Assembly: GCA_903926565.1 (NCBI GenBank)
Contig: CAIYJU010000052.1
Location: 18,581-82,580 of the forward strand
DNA length: 64,000 bases
Direction: 5' to 3'
DNA from: an uncultured Bacteroidales bacterium
GTDB taxonomy: Bacteria > Bacteroidota > Bacteroidia > Bacteroidales > FEN-979
The translations under genes were made by a program, and so were the position numbers. The first letter of the stretch is position 1, and each line of letters opens with the position of its first letter. Positions 56,253 through 64,000 of the stretch are shown one piece after another. The notes under the pieces were generated by a model. The model was not told the DNA's origin and did not search any database. It was given only the letters and a program-made list of their open reading frames with translations.

Positions 56253-57074
56253 ATGAAATCAAAATATTTAGTAAGCTTGCATGTCATGATGATCACCATG
56301 GTTGCAATCAACTCATTTGCTCAATCCGGCAGTAAGACATTCACTATAAAGGAAGAAATTGTAAACTACCATTCATCCGATGGCCTCACACTTACCGGTT
56401 TCATCGCATATAACGGAAGCAGCGATGAAAAACTGCCGGTGGTAATTGTTGTGCCAGAGTGGTGGGGAGTGAATGATTACACCAGGATGAGAGCCCGGAA
56501 ATTAGCAGAATTGGGCTATTTCGCAATGGTTGCCGACATGTACGGCAATGGGAAAACTGCGGCGGACCCGAAGGAAGCCCAGTCACTCACCATGCCTTTC
56601 TACCAGGATCCTCACCTGGCTAAAAGCAGGTTGGATGATGCAATCAACAAAATACACGAATATCCCCAGGCAGATCAGGGCGATATGGCGGCAATTGGTT
56701 ATTGTTTCGGCGGTTTTGTGGTTTTAAACGCTGCAAAGCTGGGGACCGGATTGAAAGGTGTCGTCAGCTTTCATGGAAGCCTTGGGGGCGTTTCACCCGA
56801 CAAAAAACTGTTAACAGCAAAGATCCTCATATGCCATGGAGGAAGCGACAAGTTTGTTTCTCAGCAGGACGTTGGTGCTTTTCAGCACAAAATGGATTCT
56901 ATTGGCGCCACGTATTCGTTTAAAACCTATGCAGATGCGACCCATGCATTTACAAACCCTGATGCGACAGAGCTCGGCAAGAAATTCAGCATGCCCATTG
57001 AATATAATGCAAAGGCAGACCAGGATTCATGGAATGACATGAAGGTGTTTCTTGCCGCATTATTTAAGAAGTAA
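56253..57074 (+). CDS. secreted dienelactone hydrolase family protein
   Basis: Signal peptide; nucleophile elbow GYCFGG; C-terminal His-containing motif. Confidence 0.72.
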   Translation: MKSKYLVSLHVMMITMVAINSFAQSGSKTFTIKEEIVNYHSSDGLTLTGFIAYNGSSDEKLPVVIVVPEWWGVNDYTRMRARKLAELGYFAMVADMYGNGKTAADPKEAQSLTMPFYQDPHLAKSRLDDAINKIHEYPQADQGDMAAIGYCFGGFVVLNAAKLGTGLKGVVSFHGSLGGVSPDKKLLTAKILICHGGSDKFVSQQDVGAFQHKMDSIGATYSFKTYADATHAFTNPDATELGKKFSMPIEYNAKADQDSWNDMKVFLAALFKK

Positions 57075-57338
57075 TTCAGTAGCATCTTACGGAAACATTA
57101 AGTGCCGGATCCTTTTGGTCACCGATTGAATGATTCATCATCGGAGACCAGCGCCCCCCCCCATTGAGATATATCAACTTTTTTTACGTTTTTTTCCTTC
57201 CAAAAACCGTTTTAAATCCCCACGGAAGAGGCTTTATCACAGCCTGATTTAAGGCAATACGATACCGAAATGCTATAACTTTGTTCAGACAATCTGATTC
57301 TGTTTAGTTTTCATTTAACCTAAGTAAAACCAAATTTT

Positions 57339-60300
57339 ATGAAAAACATTTACTCTCTTCAGGTTCAGTTAAGGGTATTAATATTCCTCTGTTTACAGGG
57401 ATTTTTATTCTCGGCTGCACAATCCCAATCTGTTGGAAATGCTTCTGTTGAAGCGATTGAGCATTTTATTGACAACAATCTTCTTCCCCGCAAAATACCT
57501 CTACAACATGTTACGGCAGGAACTTTCAGTCAGAATGAAAAACACATTCTTAATACCTTAACACCAACAGAACGAAAAGGTATTGAAGATGCTGTTGACC
57601 CTCCTGCAATTGGAGTTGTACGTGACCTGAAGGATCCAATTCAGTTTACGCTGAATGTTACGGATATTCCGGAACCCGGATCACAGAAAACTGTTTCAGG
57701 CGGTATACTGGCCAGGTTCACTGAGGATTCCCTGGTCTGGTCAACCTACATCAGGTCTGAATCAGCTGAAGAACTGAGGATTTTCTTCTCAGGAGGGAAT
57801 TTCCCGGCCGGCGTGCAGGTGAACCTGTTCAGCAAAGACGGGTATGCATTTAATCAAACCGAATTACAAGGAAAAGTAAATGAAAACGGTTTTTACACTA
57901 CAACTACTTTTGCAGATTATGTTTACCTGGAGGTTGTAATCCCGGTGAATGTGTTAACTGAGAATGTGTATTTTACCATCCCCAGGGTTGTCCATGCAAA
58001 CAACAGGCTGCTTCCCGATGCCCCTAATGTCGATTGCTATGAAGATGTCAACTGTGCTTATGCCAATGGTTTCGCCAGTATTGGCGCATTAAAGGCTGCC
58101 ACCTCACAACTCCGGTTTGTTGATGGGGGATTTTATTACATCTGTTCAGGAACTTTGCTTAATGACATCAGGGCTGTTGACTATCAGCCGTTTTTATTGA
58201 CTGCAAACCATTGTTTTTCAACACAGGCTTCAGCAGCTTCGCTCGAAGCAAAATTCGATCTCTATACCACCTCGTGTAATGGAGCTACCAATACCAGTGT
58301 TATCCTGATAAACGGCTCAAACCTGCTTGCGACCAACAGCCAGAGTGATTTCACCCTGGTGCTGTTAAACGATAATCCCGGCGGATACAGATATTACCTT
58401 GGGTGGACAGCCGGTGGAGTTGCGAATGATGCCACCGTACACTCGGTAAACCACCCGGCAGGCATGCCACAAAAATACCAGCGCGCCCTGAATAAAACAT
58501 CGCCTACTTTCTCATGCGGAGGCCTGAGTACTTCAAATTTCCATTATACCAGGGCCCTTGGGGGTGAATCGGTAGGGGGCAGTTCCGGAGGAAACCTGGT
58601 TGATGCAGGAGGTGTAGTAATCGGACAACTTTATGGATGGTGCCACCTCACCGGTGTGACAGAATGTGATTATCCTAATTTTTATAATGTGTGGGGCAAG
58701 TTTGAAGTTTCCTACAACAATAATAATTTAGCATATTGGCTATATAACGGCGGGTCAAGTGTCAGCATGGCCACTTCTCCGGCAGCATCTCTTTCATACT
58801 CACAACTCAATGTGGGATCCTACCAGGACCTGGCAATAACCGTTTACAACAATGGCACTGCTCCTAATTATCTGAATCTTGAGGCTGGAAATGCATACAT
58901 CACAGGTACCGATGCCAGTCAGTTCTCAATTGTCGGAACTCCCTATCTCTACCTGGAACCCAACACGTCCGGTACCATTTGGGTTCGGTTCACGCCATCC
59001 TCTTCAGGTTTGAAGACCGCTTCATTTAACCTCCCCCACAATGCCAACAATACAGTAACCCCGAGGGTCATTTCACTTTCGGGAACAGCAGAACCCTGTT
59101 CAAATGTTATTGCACTCAACAACGGAGGTGCAGCCAATGCGAAAACGTACTCCAAAAGCGGATCGGGAATCTGGTACACATCCTGGACTACTCCATGTGG
59201 CTATTCATGCCCCGGAAATGAACAAATCTACAGCTTTGTCGCACCCTATACCGGGTATTACAGCGTCAATGTTTCTGCAGCAAACGGTTACTTTATCGAT
59301 TACATGTGGAGACCTGCCGACTGTAGTGGCGGAGTATGGAACTGCATCCAGGATATTGCCTCAGTCGGAACCTTTGGTTCAGTATACTGGACAGCAGGAT
59401 CCACCTATTATATTCTCGCTGATGCGGAAAGTACAGTCCTTACTACCCAGACATTTGCTATCATCCTCAATCCCTGTCTGAATACCACACCAATCGCAGG
59501 GACAGGAGCCGCCAATTCCGCAACATACTCAAATACAGGAAACGGAGCGTGGAATACCTATTCCCCTGCTCCCTGTAACTACACGTGCCCGGGAATGGAA
59601 CAGATCTATACTTTCGTGGCACCATATACCGGCTATTACAGCATCGAGGTTACCGATGCGTCAAGCTGGGTCGACTATATGTGGAGCACTTCCTGTGGCT
59701 CGACCGGATGGAATTGCATTCAGGATGTTTACTGGCCCGGTTCCTATGGTTCCATGTACTGGACTGCCGGTACAACATACTATATATTGTTGGATGGGGA
59801 GTTGACGGGTGCAGGTCCGCATACGTTTTATATAAATGACCCAAATCCGTGTATAGGAATCACCCCTCTGGCCTGTAACCAGGCTGTCGAATTCCCTGGT
59901 GGCGGACCAGGTGTATGGAACAATTATACTTGTTACTATAGTACACCAGGCGTCGAAAAAATTTACAGTTTTGTCGCACCAGCAACCGGTCAATACAGCA
60001 TCCAGGTAAATGCAGCCGGTAACTGGGTTGATTACATGTGGTCGACTTCCTGTTCTCCTGCTTCCTGGACATGTATTCAGGACGTTTATAACCCCGGACA
60101 GTACGGTTCAATGTCGTGGACTGCTGGCACCACTTACTACATTTTGCTGGATGACGAAGACAACCTTCCCGGCATCCATAGTTTCAGCATCGTTTGTCCT
60201 GAACTGTGTCATGCTTGTCCTACCTATGATTTCAACATTTATCCGGAAATTTCCTGGCTTACATCTTCCTCCTCAATCGATGCTTCCGGATGTAAAAATT

Positions 60301-61346
60301 ACAGATTCTATGCATACACCGGATACCATTACACTTTTAAAACCGGCTGCGGGGATGGAGCTGGTGCCGATTACGACACTTTCCTTCAGTTGTATGATGC
60401 AGCCTGCACACTGGTTACATACAACGATGATGGTTGCGGATATCCTCTTTCAAAAATCGAATGGACACCTGCCACATCAGGCTATTATACGCTGAAGGTA
60501 ATGGGATACAGCAGCAATTTTGGAAACTACACCCTGGCGTACAACCTGTGTGCTGCAGCCCCTGAACAGCCCGGGTCAATCACCGGGCCGGCAACAGTTG
60601 TCAGCGGGGTACCGCAAACATATACCATTTCCGATGTGCCCGGTGCGACCTCCTATACCTGGACCTACAGCGGAACCGGAACTGTTACGGGAAGCGGAAC
60701 AAGTGGCACCCTGACCGCAACCGGCAATGGCTTACTCAGCGTCATGGCCAATAACTTATGTGGCACCAGTATTGAAAGCGCCACGTACATCAATGTTGTT
60801 CCTCTTAATCTTAACATTCAGAATGTCCTGGCAATTCCCGGGTCACCCGTTTGCTATCCGGCCGGGCAGACCATTACACTCGCTGGTGGAGGCACTGTCT
60901 TTATCATGCCGTTGGGAAGCAGCGTTGAGCTGGTTGCGGGACAAAACATTTTGTTCTATCCTGGTGTTCAGGTTCAAAACGGGGCATACCTGCTCGGCCG
61001 GATTTCAACTGACGGGACCTATTGTCCCCCGCTTGCCAAGTTTGCAGAAATCACCGGGGATGGCAACAATGGAAATGCAATTCCTGCGATCACCAGCGGA
61101 GATGCTTTTTTCAAGGTATTCCCCAATCCCACAACCGGCAATTTCACCCTTGAATTATCTTCAGAACCTGAAGGAACTGTAGTAAAAGTGCTGTGTTATA
61201 ATCTTTTGGGAGGATTGATCATGGAGAAGGAGTTCACCTCCGGTAAGCTGCATGAATTAACCCTGATCGATCAGAAACCAGGATTGTATATGTTGAAGGT
61301 TGTGCAGAATGAATCAACAGGGATGCAAAAGATTATACGGCAATAG
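57339..61346 (+). CDS. large T9SS-secreted trypsin-like (S1-family) serine protease with three tandem ~118-aa Cys-rich PPC-like domains, one divergent PPC-like domain, a PKD-like region and a T9SS C-terminal sorting domain
   Basis: Catalytic motifs LLTANHCF (His), SDFTLVLL (Asp context) and GGSSGGNLVD (Ser). Three repeats of C..Y.CPG.EQIY.FVAP.TGYYS...DYMW...W.CIQD...WTAG.TYYIL.D. C-terminus ...KVFPNPTTGNFTLEL...GLYMLKVV.... Confidence 0.75.
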   Translation: MKNIYSLQVQLRVLIFLCLQGFLFSAAQSQSVGNASVEAIEHFIDNNLLPRKIPLQHVTAGTFSQNEKHILNTLTPTERKGIEDAVDPPAIGVVRDLKDPIQFTLNVTDIPEPGSQKTVSGGILARFTEDSLVWSTYIRSESAEELRIFFSGGNFPAGVQVNLFSKDGYAFNQTELQGKVNENGFYTTTTFADYVYLEVVIPVNVLTENVYFTIPRVVHANNRLLPDAPNVDCYEDVNCAYANGFASIGALKAATSQLRFVDGGFYYICSGTLLNDIRAVDYQPFLLTANHCFSTQASAASLEAKFDLYTTSCNGATNTSVILINGSNLLATNSQSDFTLVLLNDNPGGYRYYLGWTAGGVANDATVHSVNHPAGMPQKYQRALNKTSPTFSCGGLSTSNFHYTRALGGESVGGSSGGNLVDAGGVVIGQLYGWCHLTGVTECDYPNFYNVWGKFEVSYNNNNLAYWLYNGGSSVSMATSPAASLSYSQLNVGSYQDLAITVYNNGTAPNYLNLEAGNAYITGTDASQFSIVGTPYLYLEPNTSGTIWVRFTPSSSGLKTASFNLPHNANNTVTPRVISLSGTAEPCSNVIALNNGGAANAKTYSKSGSGIWYTSWTTPCGYSCPGNEQIYSFVAPYTGYYSVNVSAANGYFIDYMWRPADCSGGVWNCIQDIASVGTFGSVYWTAGSTYYILADAESTVLTTQTFAIILNPCLNTTPIAGTGAANSATYSNTGNGAWNTYSPAPCNYTCPGMEQIYTFVAPYTGYYSIEVTDASSWVDYMWSTSCGSTGWNCIQDVYWPGSYGSMYWTAGTTYYILLDGELTGAGPHTFYINDPNPCIGITPLACNQAVEFPGGGPGVWNNYTCYYSTPGVEKIYSFVAPATGQYSIQVNAAGNWVDYMWSTSCSPASWTCIQDVYNPGQYGSMSWTAGTTYYILLDDEDNLPGIHSFSIVCPELCHACPTYDFNIYPEISWLTSSSSIDASGCKNYRFYAYTGYHYTFKTGCGDGAGADYDTFLQLYDAACTLVTYNDDGCGYPLSKIEWTPATSGYYTLKVMGYSSNFGNYTLAYNLCAAAPEQPGSITGPATVVSGVPQTYTISDVPGATSYTWTYSGTGTVTGSGTSGTLTATGNGLLSVMANNLCGTSIESATYINVVPLNLNIQNVLAIPGSPVCYPAGQTITLAGGGTVFIMPLGSSVELVAGQNILFYPGVQVQNGAYLLGRISTDGTYCPPLAKFAEITGDGNNGNAIPAITSGDAFFKVFPNPTTGNFTLELSSEPEGTVVKVLCYNLLGGLIMEKEFTSGKLHELTLIDQKPGLYMLKVVQNESTGMQKIIRQ

Positions 61347-61609
61347 CGACGTAACTGCATTTCTCTTATATTTCAATTGGTTATGTATGGCAGGAAGAGA
61401 CTACATTAAAAAGTGTGGTCTCTTTCTGTTTTACATCCGGAGTGCGAGATCAGAAAACCCGGCAGGATTGCAGAGGTCCTGGCGGAAAAATGATTCAATC
61501 AGGAATATCAAAAAAAATCAGGCAAAATCGGACAGACTCACATATTACGTATATTTGTATGACTTCCATGGTCTACGTTCAGTTATTTACACACACTCAA
61601 AAACAAAAG

Positions 61610-62113
61610 ATGAAAAAGCTACTCTGTTATCTGATCCCGGTGCTGATGATTTCAGCCATCTCGTGCAAAAAAAAATCTGACCCGGTTGAACCTGTGCCAT
61701 ACACCTCGTATAAGATTAATACTGTGTCGCAGACACTCAACTACGCCTCGAATTTTTCGAAGGATTTTTGTTCTACATCCACATTCTGCTGCAGGTTTAC
61801 TGCAACCAGCACCAGCGATACTGTCAACATGGAAACGATGAAAATCGGGATTCCGGGAGATCCGATCGTGGGTTATGTCTATTATACCGGGCTCTATCGG
61901 TTTTCCTGCTTTTATGTAAACCCGGCAGGGGTCAGATACGATCTGACCTATAACAACTCTTCCCTTTTCTCCGTGGTTTTTACCCAATGGGACGGACAAG
62001 GCGGATGGGGCAAGGGATACTTTTCCGGCTGGCTGAGATCCGCCAACAACGACTCCATTCTGATACAAAACGGGTATTTCCAGAATAAGATCTGGACTAT
62101 GGGGACAAATTAA
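61610..62113 (+). CDS. lipoprotein of unknown function
   Basis: MKKLLCYLIPVLMISAISC lipobox; the start was chosen at 61610 instead of the ORF-track start at 61415. Confidence 0.45.
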   Translation: MKKLLCYLIPVLMISAISCKKKSDPVEPVPYTSYKINTVSQTLNYASNFSKDFCSTSTFCCRFTATSTSDTVNMETMKIGIPGDPIVGYVYYTGLYRFSCFYVNPAGVRYDLTYNNSSLFSVVFTQWDGQGGWGKGYFSGWLRSANNDSILIQNGYFQNKIWTMGTN

Positions 62114-62351
62114 TCGAGCTTAAAATTGACATTTCTTAGAGACTGTTTAAAAATACTTGTTAATCCCTTTAGGGATTTTACATGGGTAGAAAATCATGCA
62201 TAATTGCATTATTTCGTCCCGTACGGGACGAAATGGCTGTGTAAACATTCAACTTCTTCTACCCACATTTTGTGCCTACGGCACAGGTTTAAATTTAGAA
62301 AGACAGCCCATTAAAAAATTTAAACAGACTCTTAATTTATGAAATTCAATT

Positions 62352-64000
62352 TCAGTCAATGGTAAACTTTGCGGTAAACACACGCGAACTGTTCATGAGT
62401 TTGATCAGGTAAACACCTTTTGCAAATCTGCTGACATCAATTTGCCTGGTGCATTCGGCCGGTAAGTTATCAAGCTGTTGGTCATAGATTTGCCGGCCGC
62501 TCACATCTGTAATTTGAACCTGGAGTTTCCGCTCCATTCCTTTGATCGACAGGGTGAGAAGATCATGAACCGGGTTGGGATAGATCAGAACCTCGGAACG
62601 AAGCCTGTTCTCATTGATTCCGGCACAAACCTCCACCTGGATGTATGCTGTACTTTCCGTTCCAGTGCCACACATGTTGACTCCTGCCGCTTTGATATCG
62701 CCGGAAAGGGCCGACCCGCTGAAATCAACAGTGACGGCGTTTGTACCCTGGCCCTGTGAAATAACCGCGCCCTGTGGCAACGTCCAGTCGTATGTAGTGG
62801 CATTTGATATCGCCGGGATACTATACTGATAACCTCCATAACCCTGGCAAACAGTATCGGGCCCCGAAATAGCCTGGGCCATGCCGGGGAGTATTTCCAC
62901 ATTGACACCCATGATCGATGCAGAACTTATGCAGGTGCCAATTTGAGCAGTAACGCTGACAAAACCGGCGTTGACTCCCCACTGTACTGTGATGGCATTT
63001 GTTCCCTGTCCTGCTGTAATCATAGCATCGGGAGGAACCGTCCATACGTTGGTAACGCCGGCTACAGCCGGAATGCTGAAATTGGCAATGGCGCTGGTGC
63101 AAACGGTTGACGGTCCGGTTAGCGGGTCAGGCGTTGCAGGCGCAGGGTTAATGGTTACGGCAAGAAGGCTGGCGTTACTGCTTCCGCAGCTGTTGCCGGC
63201 TGTAACCGAAATACTTCCTGAAGTTGTTCCCCATTGAACATAAATTGCCGTGGTGTTCTGTCCTGAAAGAATAGAAGCCCCCGCCGGAACATTCCAGCTG
63301 TAGGACGTTGCACCAGGTACATATGCTATGTTGTAGTTTTCTGTAACGCCCGCGCAAGGAGCCTGGTTACCCGAAATGGTACCCGGGGTTGCAGGTGCAT
63401 TCAATATTGTAACGTAGACGCTGTCTTTTTTCACATGGGCTGCATTATCATGCACAGTGCAGATGTACCAGGTGTTGACAGATGGCGAAGCAACAGGGTT
63501 TGGCAGAGTAGCGTTGAACCCGGCAGGATTGGAGGACCATGCATAGGTATAAGGCCCTGTTCCACCGCTGGCAAACGCCTGCAATTGCGTTGAACTCCCG
63601 GCACATACAGCAGCAGGGGTCGCAGTCACAACAACAGCCAGACCCAGTGATGCCAGGACAGTGATGTTGGCATTGCGCTGGTGTGCAGGTGTTCCGTTTG
63701 GCCCCTTTGCAAAGAACTGAGCCTGGTAGTTTGACAGCGGAACATTTCCGGTCAGTTTAATCCGAACTATTTTGGACCCGGGGAACGTGGTGATTGTGTT
63801 TCCCTGCGGATAGGTAAAGGTGATGCTGCCGGTTGCCGGAGCAGGAGTTATCTGGCCAGTCAGAATGACTGTATCTGTGTAAAGTTTAACCCCGGGGATG
63901 CTGACAATGAAATCGACGCTGTCGTTCGGAATATAAAGGTTGGCGGTGGTGTTATTAATCGCCATGGCAAAATCCGGGAAATACGAGGTTACGCTCATAA
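62352..64000 (-). CDS. T9SS-secreted SprB-repeat surface protein; the N-terminus probably lies beyond the window end
   Basis: SprB-like repeat ASGGTGPYTYAWSSNPAGFNATLPNP and Ig-like repeats. C-terminus ...LIYPNPVHDLLTLSIKGME...KGVYLIKLMNSSRVFTAKFTID. Confidence 0.7.
   Translation of the reverse strand, partial: MSVTSYFPDFAMAINNTTANLYIPNDSVDFIVSIPGVKLYTDTVILTGQITPAPATGSITFTYPQGNTITTFPGSKIVRIKLTGNVPLSNYQAQFFAKGPNGTPAHQRNANITVLASLGLAVVVTATPAAVCAGSSTQLQAFASGGTGPYTYAWSSNPAGFNATLPNPVASPSVNTWYICTVHDNAAHVKKDSVYVTILNAPATPGTISGNQAPCAGVTENYNIAYVPGATSYSWNVPAGASILSGQNTTAIYVQWGTTSGSISVTAGNSCGSSNASLLAVTINPAPATPDPLTGPSTVCTSAIANFSIPAVAGVTNVWTVPPDAMITAGQGTNAITVQWGVNAGFVSVTAQIGTCISSASIMGVNVEILPGMAQAISGPDTVCQGYGGYQYSIPAISNATTYDWTLPQGAVISQGQGTNAVTVDFSGSALSGDIKAAGVNMCGTGTESTAYIQVEVCAGINENRLRSEVLIYPNPVHDLLTLSIKGMERKLQVQITDVSGRQIYDQQLDNLPAECTRQIDVSRFAKGVYLIKLMNSSRVFTAKFTID

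Noticed and set aside
1-64000. CRISPR arrays, rRNA genes and additional tRNAs.
   Set aside because: Scanning by eye found no regularly spaced short direct repeats, no rRNA-like conserved stretches, and no further cloverleaf candidates beyond tRNA-Met and its partial copy. A tRNAscan or Infernal run would be needed to be definitive.

Overview
This is a 64-kb chromosomal window from what looks like a Bacteroidota genome. The evidence is at least eight proteins ending in T9SS (Por) C-terminal sorting domains, SprB-type repeats, and one TAnnTTTG -7-like promoter motif.

Housekeeping genes are interleaved with accessory surface-protein genes. The recognisable housekeeping genes are queA, ispD, ruvC, topA, miaB, cysD, cysN, recO and lysS. 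There is also a Wza/Wzc polysaccharide-export pair, a glycosyltransferase family 2 (GT2) gene with an adjacent flippase-like membrane protein, a cation diffusion facilitator (CDF) transporter, MltD-like and MltF-like lytic transglycosylases, a flotillin-like protein and a TolC-like protein.

The observations that seem most worth following up are listed below.

- Two roughly 80-aa proteins are nothing but a signal peptide, a Pro-rich linker and a motif I read as a C-terminal sorting signal (GGAPIDG[GS]L, a transmembrane (TM) helix, a basic tail). Each sits directly downstream of a T9SS cargo gene. An IPTL-CTERM protein lies nearby.
- A tRNA-Met(CAT) gene has its 3-prime half plus terminator imperfectly duplicated 7.6 kb away. 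The segment between the repeats carries accessory genes and no integrase, so it looks like a decayed tRNA-integrated island.
- The island holds a group II intron remnant. The intron sits immediately after the tRNA terminator (class C-like placement), and its reverse transcriptase (RT) is internally deleted.
- Heptanucleotide simple sequence repeat (SSR) tracts occur at the start of a HAD hydrolase gene and inside recO.
- A hipB / hipS-like / hipT-like module forms a tripartite HipBST-type toxin-antitoxin operon, next to a GH108 lysozyme-like protein that carries an EF-hand loop.
- A peptidylarginine deiminase (PAD)-like protein of the Porphyromonas PPAD type ends in a T9SS C-terminal domain (CTD).
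- A flotillin-like protein has four tandem 74-aa repeats inserted near its N-terminus.
- A 1335-aa T9SS-secreted protein has a trypsin-like S1 protease domain followed by three nearly identical Cys-rich domains similar to the pre-peptidase C-terminal (PPC) domain.

No CRISPR array, rRNA gene or intact prophage was seen. All calls rest on reading the sequence and the supplied ORF track. No database searches were run.
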